Shown one piece after another: positions 1 to 11,190 of a stretch of DNA of 64,000 nucleotides (its first letter is position 1; every line of letters starts with the position of its first letter). The stretch is from Nitrospirota bacterium (lineage in GTDB: Bacteria; Nitrospirota; UBA9217): contig CAVTRN010000001.1 of NCBI GenBank assembly GCA_963737155.1, positions 1,440,001-1,504,000 on the forward strand, read 5' to 3'. The notes beneath the pieces are model-generated. The model did not search any database and had not been told where the DNA came from. It was given only the letters and a program-made list of their open reading frames with translations. A program made the translations under genes and the position numbers.

Positions 1-355
1 GACCGCATCCAAAGGCCATAAGGGTCAGAAAGCCCGATCTGGAGGCGTGAAAGGTGCCGGCTTTGAAGGCGGTCAGATGCCTTTGCAGCGCAGGATCCCC
101 AAACGGGGATTCACAAATATCTTTCGCAAGGAATACGCAATTGTGAACCTGTCAGAGCTTGAGAAAATCGGCGGGACCGACCCGGTAACACCTGAAATGC
201 TTGTACAGAAGGGCCTAATTAAGGACTTGAAAACAGGGGTCAAGATTCTCGGCATGGGTGAACTGAAATCCAAGCTGACTGTCCGTGCCCATAAGTTCAG
301 CAAAAGCGCTCTGGATAAAATTCAGGCGGCTGGCGGCAAGGCTGAGGTGATTTAA
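1..355 (+). CDS. rplO: 50S ribosomal protein L15 (5' partial)
   Basis: Frame open from position 2: [33 protein letters not shown]; directly upstream of secY. Confidence 0.97.
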   Translation, partial: TASKGHKGQKARSGGVKGAGFEGGQMPLQRRIPKRGFTNIFRKEYAIVNLSELEKIGGTDPVTPEMLVQKGLIKDLKTGVKILGMGELKSKLTVRAHKFSKSALDKIQAAGGKAEVI

Positions 356-358
356 CCC

Positions 359-1657
359 TTGTTCACTGGCCTGAAAAACATATTCAATATACCAGAACTT
401 CGGAAGCGCATTATCTTTACGCTCTTGATGTTGGCTGTATATCGTATTGGCGCCCATATCCCCACGCCTGGCGTCAAAGGGGAAGCGCTCAGTCAATTTC
501 TGCACCAGTCCGCAGCCGGGCTGATGGGTTTTTTTGACATGTTTTCCGGTGGAGCTTTGTCGAGAGTCACGATATTTGCTCTCGGGATTATGCCCTACAT
601 CACGGCCTCCATTGTGCTGCAGCTTCTGACTGTGGTGATGCCTCGTCTTCAGGCGTTAGCGAAGGAAGGGGAGGCTGGCCGCAAGAAGATTACCGAGTAT
701 ACGCGATATGGAACAGTTCTCATCTCCGGATTTCAGTCGTTCTGGATGGCAGTCGGAATAGAAAAGATGGGTGGCGGTGCATTTGTTGAGTCGACCGGAT
801 GGTCGTTCCGCATTCTCACCATGATTACGCTAACCGCGGGAACGACGTTCATCATGTGGCTTGGAGAGCAGATAACCGAGCGCGGGATCGGAAATGGCAT
901 ATCCCTGATAATTTTCGCAGGCATTGTTTCTGGCTTCCCCCGTGCGGTTAGCAACACCTTAGGCTTGGTAAGCGCGGGTGAAATTGCCTATTTCATGGTC
1001 TTTATCATTATTGCATTAATTATCGCAGTTGTTGCAGCGATCATCGTGATGGAGCGCGGGCAGAGGAAAATTGCGGTGCAATATGCTCAGAGGATGGTGG
1101 GGAGAAAAATTTACAAAGGACAAAGCACGCATCTCCCCCTCAAGATCAACTCCTCGGGGGTTATTCCTCCCATCTTCGCATCTTCAATCCTGCTTTTCCC
1201 AGCTACTATAGCGGGCTTTGTTCAGGTACCGTGGCTTCATTGGTTTGCACTGCAGCTTTCACCCGGGAAACTGCTCTATACCCTGGTATATGTGGTTATG
1301 ATTATCGGGTTCTCCTATTTCTATACCGCTATCGTGTTTAATCCGGTTGATATCGCGGATAATTTGAAAAAATACGGTGGTTTCATCCCGGGGATCAGGC
1401 CAGGGAAGAAGACCTCCGACTATCTATTTCGTGTTTTGAACCGCATAACACTTGGCGGCGCACTGTATCTTGCCGCAGTATGCGTTTTGCCCGATATATT
1501 TTATAAGTTTCTCAATGTGCCGTTTTATTTCGGAGGGACATCGCTTCTCATTGTCATCGGTGTGGCTCTCGATACGGTTTCGCAGATTGAGTCACACTTA
1601 ATTCAAAGACACTACGGAGGTTTTCTGAAGGGCAGCGTTGTTAAAGGGAGACGTTAA
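359..1657 (+). CDS. secY: Preprotein translocase subunit SecY
   Basis: IFALGIMPYITAS, GEQITERGIGNGISLIIF and FGGTSLLIVIGV motifs; spc operon position. Confidence 0.98.
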   Translation: MFTGLKNIFNIPELRKRIIFTLLMLAVYRIGAHIPTPGVKGEALSQFLHQSAAGLMGFFDMFSGGALSRVTIFALGIMPYITASIVLQLLTVVMPRLQALAKEGEAGRKKITEYTRYGTVLISGFQSFWMAVGIEKMGGGAFVESTGWSFRILTMITLTAGTTFIMWLGEQITERGIGNGISLIIFAGIVSGFPRAVSNTLGLVSAGEIAYFMVFIIIALIIAVVAAIIVMERGQRKIAVQYAQRMVGRKIYKGQSTHLPLKINSSGVIPPIFASSILLFPATIAGFVQVPWLHWFALQLSPGKLLYTLVYVVMIIGFSYFYTAIVFNPVDIADNLKKYGGFIPGIRPGKKTSDYLFRVLNRITLGGALYLAAVCVLPDIFYKFLNVPFYFGGTSLLIVIGVALDTVSQIESHLIQRHYGGFLKGSVVKGRR

Positions 1658-1672
1658 TGACTAGGAGTTGCC

Positions 1673-2422
1673 ATGATTATTCTCAAGTCCCTTCAGGAGA
1701 TCGAAAAGATACGGAAAGCGTGTTTAATAGTATCGGATGTTCTTGACCGTATTCGCGAGCATGTTCGGCCCGGTATCAGTACTCAGGCTCTTGATGAAAT
1801 TGCCGAGGGGCAGATTCTGATCGCAGGTGCAAAGCCGGCTTTCAAAGGATACCGCGGGTACACGAAGACGCTTTGTACATCGATAAACAGCGAGGTTATT
1901 CACGGAATACCTGCGAAAGAAGTTGTCCTTAAAGCGGGGGATATCGTAAGCATCGATGTAGGAGCAATCGTAGATGGATTCTACGGCGATGCCGCCGTTA
2001 CGATACCAGTAGGAATTATTTCAAAAGAAGCTGAACGGCTTATCAGGGTAACCGAAGAGTCTCTTTACCGCGGCATTGATCAGGCAAGAACAGGCAAGAG
2101 GCTGTATGATATCTCCTACGCTGTTCAAAGTCATGTTGAGGCTCACGGGTATTCGATAGTTCGAGAATATGTTGGGCATGGGATCGGTCGGAATCTCCAT
2201 GAAGACCCCCAGATCCCGAACTTTGGTTCTCAAAATCAGGGGCCAAGGTTAAAGTCTGGGATGGTTCTTGCGGTGGAACCGATGGTAAACGCTGGTGGCA
2301 GTGCAACAGTTGTTAAAGATGATGGTTGGACGGCCGTAACGTCAGATGGTAGCCTTTCCGCTCACTTTGAACATACTATCGCGATTATGCCGGATGGCCC
2401 CTGGATACTGACAAAGAAGTAA
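1673..2422 (+). CDS. map: Type I methionine aminopeptidase
   Basis: HGIP, GDIVSIDVG, GHGIG..LHEDP, AVEPM and SAHFEHT motifs. Confidence 0.97.
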   Translation: MIILKSLQEIEKIRKACLIVSDVLDRIREHVRPGISTQALDEIAEGQILIAGAKPAFKGYRGYTKTLCTSINSEVIHGIPAKEVVLKAGDIVSIDVGAIVDGFYGDAAVTIPVGIISKEAERLIRVTEESLYRGIDQARTGKRLYDISYAVQSHVEAHGYSIVREYVGHGIGRNLHEDPQIPNFGSQNQGPRLKSGMVLAVEPMVNAGGSATVVKDDGWTAVTSDGSLSAHFEHTIAIMPDGPWILTKK

Positions 2423-2459
2423 ACGGCAATAAGGCAAAGATGCAAAGAACCGAGAGGAT

Positions 2460-2678
2460 ATGGCGAAAGAAGATTCTATAGAGGTTCAGGGTACTGTATT
2501 GGAAACGCTTCCTAACGCAATGTTTCGCGTGGAAATGGAAAACGGGCATAAAATACTGGCGCATATATCAGGGAAAATGCGCATGCATTTTATTAAAATT
2601 CTTCCAGGAGACAAGGTAACGGTTGAACTTACTCCCTATGATCTGACTAGAGGCAGGATTACTTATCGTTTTAAATAG
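2460..2678 (+). CDS. infA: Translation initiation factor IF-1
   Basis: [36 protein letters not shown]. Confidence 0.98.
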   Translation: MAKEDSIEVQGTVLETLPNAMFRVEMENGHKILAHISGKMRMHFIKILPGDKVTVELTPYDLTRGRITYRFK

Positions 2679-2741
2679 AGCTCCTCTAGTATCAATGCAA
2701 GATTGATTTTAATAATCTCAAGGAAACGGAAGTAACAAAAC

Positions 2742-2855
2742 ATGAAAGTTCGTTCATCAGTACGAAAAATTTGCCCAAAATGCTCTATTATTCGTCGCAA
2801 AGGCATTGTGCGCGTTATTTGTGAGAACTCTCGCCACAAGCAGCGGCAGGGATAA
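2742..2855 (+). CDS. rpmJ: 50S ribosomal protein L36 (below ORF-track size cutoff)
   Basis: Translated by hand: [37 protein letters not shown]; between infA and rpsM. Confidence 0.96.
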   Translation: MKVRSSVRKICPKCSIIRRKGIVRVICENSRHKQRQG

Positions 2856-2956
2856 TTTTAGAGGACCGAGTAGGGACTGTTTGATGGGGGCTCCAGCTGC
2901 AAGAGGGTTGCATATAAAGTGTAGCCAGCCTAAAACCATGGACTTGAGGAGGAAAT

Positions 2957-3349
2957 GTGGCACGAATTGCCGGGGTAGATCTCCCCAAAGATAAAAAAAT
3001 CGAGATAGCGCTTACGTATATTTACGGCATCGGGCCGACATCCGCCAAGAAAATTCTTGCGGAATCAGGAATAGACCTAAATATAAAGAGCAGCAATCTG
3101 ACCGAATCTGACATCGTTAAAATCCGTGCAATTCTGGATCGCGATTATACGATAGAGGGTGACCTCCGCAGAGATGTGACGATGCACATAAAACGTTTGA
3201 TGGACATCGGCAGCTACAGGGGGTTGAGGCATCGTAAAGGTTTGCCGGCCCGTGGCCAGCGCACAAAAACGAATGCCAGAACGAGAAAAGGCCCAAAGAA
3301 GTCGGCAATGTCTGGAAGGGGCAAGAAAAAAGGTTTGTCAAAGGTATAA
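2957..3349 (+). CDS. rpsM: 30S ribosomal protein S13
   Basis: [42 protein letters not shown]. Confidence 0.98.
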   Translation: MARIAGVDLPKDKKIEIALTYIYGIGPTSAKKILAESGIDLNIKSSNLTESDIVKIRAILDRDYTIEGDLRRDVTMHIKRLMDIGSYRGLRHRKGLPARGQRTKTNARTRKGPKKSAMSGRGKKKGLSKV

Positions 3350-3419
3350 CGCCGACAAGGGCTGACGCCGCTGTCGCATGAGATTTCTGGACAACCGGTG
3401 TCTCTCATAAGGAGGAATA

Positions 3420-3794
3420 ATGGCTAAGAAGGGCAAAGAAAGAAAGAACGTGGCCAGTGGAGTAGCACATATCCATGCTTCGTTTAACAATACGATTGTA
3501 ACGATTACGGATACCGCAGGGAATGTTATTACTTGGTCTAGTTCCGGGAACAAGGGCTTCAAGGGGTCTCGAAAGAGTACGCCCTTTGCATCACAGTTGG
3601 CTGCAGAAGCGGCTGCCAAGAAAGCCATGGAACACGGTATGAAGCAGGTTGAGGTCTACGTCAAGGGACCGGGGACAGGTAGAGAGTCGGCAATTCGTTC
3701 AATTCAGGCTGCTGGGCTTGAAATTGTTGCGATCAAGGATGTTACTCCGATTCCCCACAATGGGTGCAGGCCGCCGAAGCGGAGACGGGTATAG
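3420..3794 (+). CDS. rpsK: 30S ribosomal protein S11
   Basis: [40 protein letters not shown]. Confidence 0.98.
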   Translation: MAKKGKERKNVASGVAHIHASFNNTIVTITDTAGNVITWSSSGNKGFKGSRKSTPFASQLAAEAAAKKAMEHGMKQVEVYVKGPGTGRESAIRSIQAAGLEIVAIKDVTPIPHNGCRPPKRRRV

Positions 3795-3829
3795 TTTCTT
3801 GGAACTGGGTTTAACACAGGAGGAATCAC

Positions 3830-4459
3830 GTGGCACGGTATATTGGATCAGTTTGTAAGCTCTGCAGAAGGGAGGGCTTGAAGCTCTTTCTGAAGGCTGA
3901 GCGTTGTTATACGGATAAATGCGGTATCACTCGCAGGAGCTATCCTCCCGGCCAGCATGGCCAGGCGCGCATCAAACAATCTGAGTACAGCTTGCAGCTG
4001 AGAGAAAAGCAGAAAATCAGACGGGTGTATGGAGTACTTGAGCGTCAATTCCGCGGCTATTTTGAAAAGGCTGAACGGATGAAAGGCGTTACCGGAGAAA
4101 ATCTGCTGCAGCTCCTTGAACGGAGGATTGATAACGTTGTTCAGAGAATGGGCTTTTCCGGCTCTAAAAAAGAAGCTCGACAGCTCGTACGCCACGGCCA
4201 TATTCTGATCAACGGAAAAAAAGTTAATATTCCGTCTTATCTGTTAAAGGCGGGCGACGTGGTTGAGCTTCGTGAAAAAAGCAGGGGGATTGCGCAGATT
4301 CAACAGACCCTTGCAGCCGTGGAGAAGCGAGGCTTCCCTTCTTGGCTGGAAATCGACAAAGCGCAGTTCAGAGGAAAGGTTTTATCCTTACCGGTCAGGG
4401 ATGAAAGCACGATGCCGACCGTTAAGGAACAGCTTGTCGTCGAACTCTATTCGAAATAA
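3830..4459 (+). CDS. rpsD: 30S ribosomal protein S4
   Basis: [40 protein letters not shown]. Confidence 0.98.
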   Translation: MARYIGSVCKLCRREGLKLFLKAERCYTDKCGITRRSYPPGQHGQARIKQSEYSLQLREKQKIRRVYGVLERQFRGYFEKAERMKGVTGENLLQLLERRIDNVVQRMGFSGSKKEARQLVRHGHILINGKKVNIPSYLLKAGDVVELREKSRGIAQIQQTLAAVEKRGFPSWLEIDKAQFRGKVLSLPVRDESTMPTVKEQLVVELYSK

Positions 4460-4565
4460 TTTTATTTTGATGCTGAGAACGGCACTGAGGACTGCGTGAG
4501 TGCCATTATAATAGGCATTCCTTGCTCTTTTTATAAATAGTTTTTCACTCCGTTCTGGAGGACCC

Positions 4566-5588
4566 ATGCTCAAAAAAGCCAAAGATTTTCAGATGCCTAA
4601 AAAACTTCAATATGATCCGAAAAAAACAAGCGACACCTATGGAAAATTCACGGCCGAGCCTCTAGAGCGTGGTTTTGGAACTACTCTGGGCAACTCCCTA
4701 CGCCGGGTTCTTCTCTCCTCCCTTGAGGGATCTGCTATCACCTCACTGAAAATAGCGGGAGTTCAACACGAGTTCTCGAGTATTCCGGGTGTGATCGAAG
4801 ATACGACGGATCTGATCTTAAACCTCAAGGAGGTCAGACTCAAACTTCATACGGATAAGCCCAAGACTCTGATCCTCAGGTCCAAGGGGCCGGGAGAAGT
4901 TACAGCAAAAGACATAGAAGCGGATGCGGAAGTAGAAATTTTGAATCCTGATCTCCACCTTGCGACGATCGATAAAAATGGTAAACTTGAGCTTGAGATG
5001 CGGGCACGTCGTGGTCGAGGATACGTTGCATCGGATAGAAACAAGGAACCCGGTCAGGCCATTGGGGTTATTCCGATCGATTCCATTTTTTCACCAATAC
5101 GCAAAGTGAATTTCAAGGTTGAAAACGCCCGCGTCGGCCAGGATACCGATTATGACAAGCTTGTTCTCGATGTCTGGACAGACGGAAGCATCAAGCCTGA
5201 TGATGCCGTTGCCCACGCTGCAAAACTGCTGAAGGATCACCTTTCGATCTTCATTCATTTGCCCGAGGAAGAAGAGGACCTCCCGGTCATGGAAGAAGAG
5301 ATCAAGAAAGTCCCTTCGTTCAATGAAAATCTTCTGCGCAGCGTGAATGAACTTGAGCTTTCTGTGCGGGCGGCAAACTGTCTCAAAAATGCAGGGATTG
5401 AAACCATTGCCGAAATGGTACAAAAGACCGAAAGTGAAATGCTCAAAACCAAGAATTTCGGAAGAAAGTCATTAAACGAAATAAAAGAGATTCTTGCAGA
5501 GATGGGGCTTTCATTGGGCATGAAGGTCGACGATAAAATCGTCTCTGAGGCCAGGCGGCTGTTGGCGGAAAAACCGAGTGAAGCATAA
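4566..5588 (+). CDS. rpoA: RNA polymerase alpha subunit
   Basis: [22 protein letters not shown] and [19 protein letters not shown] motifs. Confidence 0.98.
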   Translation: MLKKAKDFQMPKKLQYDPKKTSDTYGKFTAEPLERGFGTTLGNSLRRVLLSSLEGSAITSLKIAGVQHEFSSIPGVIEDTTDLILNLKEVRLKLHTDKPKTLILRSKGPGEVTAKDIEADAEVEILNPDLHLATIDKNGKLELEMRARRGRGYVASDRNKEPGQAIGVIPIDSIFSPIRKVNFKVENARVGQDTDYDKLVLDVWTDGSIKPDDAVAHAAKLLKDHLSIFIHLPEEEEDLPVMEEEIKKVPSFNENLLRSVNELELSVRAANCLKNAGIETIAEMVQKTESEMLKTKNFGRKSLNEIKEILAEMGLSLGMKVDDKIVSEARRLLAEKPSEA

Positions 5589-5625
5589 TATAACCTAATA
5601 ACATAATATTGGCAGGGACAACAAA

Positions 5626-6048
5626 ATGAGACATGGATGCGCAGGCAGACAATTTGGTAGAAACTCAGGGCATCGCAAGGCTTTGCTCCGAATGCTCGTA
5701 ACAGCGTTACTGAAAAATGAAAAAATTGAAACCACGACGGCCAAAGCAAAAGAAATAAGGCCTTTGGCGGAAAAAATGATTACCCTCGCGAAGAGGGGGG
5801 ATCTACATGCACGTCGTCAGGCTCTGAGCTTTATTCAGGATGACTCCGTTGTAAGCAGCCTGTTTGCACAGATTGGTCCACGGTTTTCATCCCGTGCCGG
5901 AGGCTATACACGCATTGTTCCGACTCGCAATAGGCCTGGTGATGCGGCTCCAATGGCAGTAATCGAATTGGTTCAGAGGGAAAAAATTGAAGCTGAGGGC
6001 ACAAAGCCCAAGGGGAAGACTAAAGCAGACAAGACAGCGGCTGCATAA
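5626..6048 (+). CDS. rplQ: 50S ribosomal protein L17
   Basis: [44 protein letters not shown]. Confidence 0.97.
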   Translation: MRHGCAGRQFGRNSGHRKALLRMLVTALLKNEKIETTTAKAKEIRPLAEKMITLAKRGDLHARRQALSFIQDDSVVSSLFAQIGPRFSSRAGGYTRIVPTRNRPGDAAPMAVIELVQREKIEAEGTKPKGKTKADKTAAA

Positions 6049-6114
6049 TTCTAAAATTCCATTTGGCTGTCAATTCGAACAGGTTGTTTCTGTGCGGTTT
6101 AGCCGCTAATATAT

Positions 6115-6166
6115 AATGCAATTAAAAGAGGCAAGAGCGTAAGCTCTTGCCTCTTTTAATTGCATT
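6115..6166. terminator. Intrinsic (likely bidirectional) terminator after rplQ
   Basis: Perfect 24-bp inverted repeat aatgcaattaaaagaggcaagagc-GTAA-gctcttgcctcttttaattgcatt. Confidence 0.85.
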
Positions 6167-6451
6167 TGCAGGCAATTTCTTTTGTGTTAAAGACACAAGA
6201 TCAGCCGATAGAAGTGGGAGGGGCATTTATAATGGGATCGCCGGTTATGGAACTCCGTCTTTATTCCAGAGGCAGATACTGACTTCCGGCTCGATCGGGT
6301 ATTGACGAAGTCACGCAGGATGAGGAACATCTTGACGGTACCCCCTCTTGGTCATGCCGGTTGAGAGTGCAGGAAAGACTAAATGGTCTATAGTATCTTC
6401 TGAGCATAAAAAAAAATAATTTAGGCGTCTTCCTTGTTTTGAGATTACTGC

Positions 6452-8012
6452 GTGGCTGGTGAAAAAATTATCGTAGTTGACGATGAGGATATAATCAGGG
6501 ATCTCTGTAACCATATTCTGAGTTCGGAAGGATATATGGTTACAACGGTAGAAAACGGGGAAAAGGCTCTCGATGAGCTCACACGTGCACCGGCGGACCT
6601 TTTGATCACGGATATCGCAATACCGGGAATGGAAGGGTTGGAGCTTTTCGAACGCGTCAAGGATCGGAACCTCGAACTCGTCACAATTTTCATCACGGGA
6701 CATGGTTCGCTGGATATCGCCATCGAGTCCCTCATGCGCGGGGTGGACGGCTTCGTATTGAAGCCATTCAACCAGGAAGAGCTGCTCGGCACTGTCAGCC
6801 GGGCGATCAGCAGGAGCAAGCTGAAAAATGAGAACATCAGGCTCAAAGCGTTGATTCCACTTTTTGAAATCAGCAGACTTCTGGTTACCGAGATCGATCT
6901 CGCTATCACCTGTTTAAGATCATAACTGAGGTGCTGGTGCAGGAATTTGCTGTGGATCGCGTTTCCCTGATGCTCATGGATGAGGTGAGCGGAAATCTCC
7001 TGATCCGCGCTTCCCATGGCTTACCGACGGAGATGGCGCTGAAAGCACGGCGAAAAATCGGAGAGGGCGTGGCAGGGTTGGTGCTCAAGCAACGTAAATC
7101 TTTGATCATCTCGGAAGGAAAGCATCCGGATCGGGAGGTGATGGACGTCATCAACCGCGAGGACATGCCGGCATCATCCATGTCAGTACCGCTTATCGGC
7201 AAAAATAAAAATTTTGGCGTGCTCAACTTAAGCAAGTTTTCGGGATCTCCCTTTACGGCAAGCGATCTACAGATTGTACTGATACTGTCAAGTCAGGTAG
7301 TTACTGCCATGGAGAACGCTGCGCTCTATGAAGACCAAAGGGAAAGCTATTTCAGAACAGTTCAAGCCCTCGTTGCCGCCGTCGAAGCAAAGGACCTTAA
7401 ACTCGCTGGCACTCGACGAATGTTACCAGATACGCCGTGGCGATCGCCCGGGATATGGGTATGAGTCCGACGCAGCTTGAGGAAATACATGTTGCCTCGA
7501 TTCTCCACGATATAGGCAAGATCGGCATCAGTGAGTTGATAATCGGTAAGCCGGGACGCCTCAGCCAAGAGGAGTTCGACATTATGAAAGACCATCCGGC
7601 TCATGGACTTCGAATTTTTGAGCCCATCGGTTTTTCAGTGTCTATTACGAGCGCGATCTTTCAACATCATGAACGCTATGACGGCAAGGGATACCCCCAG
7701 GGGCTTGTCGGCGACCACATTTCACCGGCTGCGAGAATTCTGAACGTGGCAGACACCATCGATGCGATGGTCTCCGAACGGCCCTATCGTGGGAGAATAT
7801 CCAGCCAGGAAGTTCTTCTGGAACTGGAGCGGGAAGCAGAGAGACAGTTCGATCCTCTCGTTGTTGAATCGGCGAAAATACTGATCGAAAAAGGCCTTTT
7901 AAAACTCGGGATGCATCCCTATTACCAGTCCGCCAGACTTGAAAGAACGGGGAGAAATGGGGAAAAAAACAGCACAGCAATAGCTCTAAAGGCAACATTG
8001 TGCGGATGGTAA
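6452..8012 (+). pseudogene. REC-GAF-HD-GYP response regulator split by two frameshifts
   Basis: Consecutive ORFs 6452-6925 (receiver), 6931-7464 (GAF) and 7437-8012 (LHDIGKIG, HHERYDGKGYP); frame changes near 6905 and 7397 join them. Confidence 0.85.
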
Positions 8013-9414
8013 GGCAGAAGACGTCCTTCGTGTCCACACAGCGGGAAGAGAAACCTGCGAAGTCCCATCCGAGCGTCGAAACGAGCGGTAACGGTTACAT
8101 TGATATGCTCCACTACCTCGTCAATAGCGTAAAGACAGAGATCATATCACTGGATTGAGACAGCTGGATAAGAGTTTTCAACGCTGCGATCGAAAGGCTT
8201 TTTGGTCTGCCGCGCATGATGGTGATTGGTAGGCATATAAATGAAATTGGCCGAATGATGGATTCTGATGATCATGGTCGCCATGCAGCTTTGTGAGAGG
8301 ATTTGCAATGCTATATGGGCTGTGGGAGCCGAGCTTTACCTTGATTTTGGTCTTATTACTCAACCCGGAAATTGAACTTCCATGCGTTACGCGGCTATCC
8401 TATCAGCAGTATGGCTTGGTCCGTTAACACGGTTTTATACGTTTTCTCCTGTTGCTTGGTGTCTGAACGCATAGTTTGTTAGAACATAATGCCATATAAT
8501 ATAACAAATTATCGGGCGACAAAGCCCCTTAGGCGTGGCTAAAATCCCGTTGCTTTCATCCGCAAGCCGACTATTACGGCGTCGACAATAAATTGCTTTA
8601 TCGGACTTCTTACTTCTGGTTGGGGATTTTAATAATGAGAATGTCAGAAGTCTCGTCTTACGTACTGTCATCCTAAAAATGGCGTTGATGCGATGTTTCT
8701 CATAACATCAATAGGATGCTTTTAATTTTTCGTTAATCCGTTGGGTAAGCATTTAAACTGCGCAACAGTTGCCACGATTTACGGCAATGTCTTATTTTTT
8801 TGATGACCATTTCGGTTTTGCTGCCGAATTTAGGTTTCCTACGCCAATGCAGCTCGCTGTCTGGAAGCCCGCAAAGGCCCCCCTGAAGCAATAGTTGCGC
8901 ACGATGGTAACTCTCCTGGCACAATTCAGTAAACAGCAGAAAACGCTTGACTAAAGGATGTTACTTTGATATATTCGACTCAAGTTAGTGCTCTAAAACA
9001 CCTGCAATAGCAATTCTTTTTTTTCTCGAATAACAGTAGCAGTTTGTAATAGTGGCAGATGCAAGCGATTTATACTATCTATGATTACCACTTGCAGACC
9101 TACATATCATCAAGGTTACTGCATCCCCGAAGAGAAGGAACATGCTCCTGCCTTGCGCTCTCTCTCGGGACCTTTCGCAGAAGTTGAACATTTTGCCTTA
9201 AAATTAAGAGTTGACAGCAGTTCATTATTTGATGTTGGGTCTCGTTACTTCTGTCACAACCGGTTCCGTCACATTATATCTAAAGAGAGGGGGGGTGTCG
9301 CGAACTCATAAAATTTTGTTTCATAAGAATTGCTGCTGTGTTTTTCGTAAATAACCTAGGTCATGACGTGTTCCGCTGTAGATCGGAACGAATCTATTTT
9401 AGGGAGGATAAACG

Positions 9415-10770
9415 ATGAAGAAGCTTCTCGTAGTTTTTGTTGTACTGACAATGGTTTGCTTCAGCTCAATGGCATTTGCTGACATGTCAGATGTTTCAGT
9501 AACTGTCGACGGTAGCGTACAAATCCGAAGCAGGGATTTTGAAAACCTCAATTTCGATAAGTTTAATGATGCGGGTACTACCCGCGACACGCAAGAGAGA
9601 ATCATGCTTGATGTGAATGCCAAGGCGGGTGATGATGTTAAGGGTAAAATTTCGCTTTGGAACGACTGGGAAGACTGGGGCAACTTAGAATCTGCAGAAG
9701 GTACTGGCTTTGGTAGTCCTGCAAAATCAGGAATAGATGTTAATTCCTTCGGTTTTCGTGAAGCATGGATGAATTTCAATGTACCCGGCATCCCGGTAAA
9801 TGTTACAGCGGGCCATCAGCTTCTTCAGCTTGGTAATGGCTGGTTCCTTCGCAATAAGCATTACGGTGATGATGCGTGGGTAGTTGCTAATGTGACGGGA
9901 CCTAATACTGTAGCTGCTGTTAATATAAAGGCCGCTGAGATATCAACTCATAGCTCTGATCAAGCTATCGATGGCTACGCTCTTCTCGACGTCTTCAAGT
10001 TGGCGGATAACATGACAGTTGGTGCTGATCTGACAAGTGTGTTGGACCGTGCTAACTCATTGGGATTGGGAGGCGCTGGGGCCCCCGGATCAGTAGCTCT
10101 CTATAATCTTGGCTTGAATTTTAATGGGACCCTTGGCCCCTTGGTATTGTCAGCACAGGTTGACGGTCAAGCCGGAAAAACAGACACTGCGCTGGGTGCG
10201 AGTTTCGAGGGCAACGAAGTCGTAATTCAGGGTAAGGTGCCGATTGATCCTCTTACGATTAGATTCACCGCTGCACGTGGTTCGGGCGACAACGGTATCG
10301 GATCGACCACTCCAAGAAGGGACCCGAATTACGAGGGCATGCAGACCCTCCTGGATATAGATCCGCACTACACCTTCCTTTACGAGTATAAGATTCCCAC
10401 TGCTGCAGGAGCTGCCAACTACTTTGGCGGGGTACACACAGGGTTTGAGAATACTACAGCACTTAGCCTGGGCGCTCAATTTGCTGCTTCTAAATCTGTG
10501 AACTTCGGTATAGATGTATGGTGGTTGCAAGCAACGGAAGCAGCAAACGTAGCAAACTTAGTCGGTACGGGTGCGAGTGCTATAAATGGCGGACTTTCGC
10601 ATAATATCGGGTGGGAAGAAGATATTAACCTTAATTGGCAGCTCTATAATAACCTCTCATGGAACTGGGTGGCTGGCTACTTCACGCCAGGAAATGTCTA
10701 TCAGAGTCATAATGGCGCTAATGCTGATGCGGCATACGGCCTCCAGGGTGTACTTGCCCTAACATTCTAA
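9415..10770 (+). CDS. Outer-membrane beta-barrel porin (alginate export/OmpJ-like)
   Basis: Signal peptide ending AFA, amphipathic beta-strand pattern, C-terminal Phe, strong RBS (ggagga). Confidence 0.75.
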   Translation: MKKLLVVFVVLTMVCFSSMAFADMSDVSVTVDGSVQIRSRDFENLNFDKFNDAGTTRDTQERIMLDVNAKAGDDVKGKISLWNDWEDWGNLESAEGTGFGSPAKSGIDVNSFGFREAWMNFNVPGIPVNVTAGHQLLQLGNGWFLRNKHYGDDAWVVANVTGPNTVAAVNIKAAEISTHSSDQAIDGYALLDVFKLADNMTVGADLTSVLDRANSLGLGGAGAPGSVALYNLGLNFNGTLGPLVLSAQVDGQAGKTDTALGASFEGNEVVIQGKVPIDPLTIRFTAARGSGDNGIGSTTPRRDPNYEGMQTLLDIDPHYTFLYEYKIPTAAGAANYFGGVHTGFENTTALSLGAQFAASKSVNFGIDVWWLQATEAANVANLVGTGASAINGGLSHNIGWEEDINLNWQLYNNLSWNWVAGYFTPGNVYQSHNGANADAAYGLQGVLALTF

Positions 10771-10799
10771 GCTCGGTTTTCTGTATTTTTTTCTGATTG

Positions 10800-10835
10800 A
10801 AAAACCCCCGGAGGAGAAATCCTCCGGGGGTTTTT
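10800..10835 (+). terminator. Intrinsic terminator after porin
   Basis: aaaaacccccggagga-gaaa-tcctccgggggttttt. Confidence 0.9.
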
Positions 10836-11190
10836 GGTTACGGAATTCAAAAAGGAGACGCCCGCCTTGGCCTTATCGATCCTGCACTATCCTTTTTCAC
10901 GATTATTAGCGCCACTCTACCGCAAATCCGCATTCCGGGCTTGGCCCGAAATGCATTTTTCCCTTATGGTTTTGCATCCCTGCTTTCGCAAGAATGATGT
11001 ACTGAGACGTGTACAGATTGCGAGACCATTCATAATCCCAAATAAGTGATAAGTTAATTTGATAGGATAATTAGACTTGAGACGTGCGATTTAATGTGAT
11101 AGTATACAACACTTCGTTGGAATACATCATATCTGATCGTTCAATTTGCTCCAAATATTGGAATCGTTAGGAAAGCAAAGGGTAGGGGGC

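Noticed and set aside
8480-8940. c-di-GMP (GEMM) riboswitch near gcaaagg/acaaagcc motifs
   Set aside because: The GGCAAA..GAAA..GACGCAAA consensus and paired stems could not be assembled.
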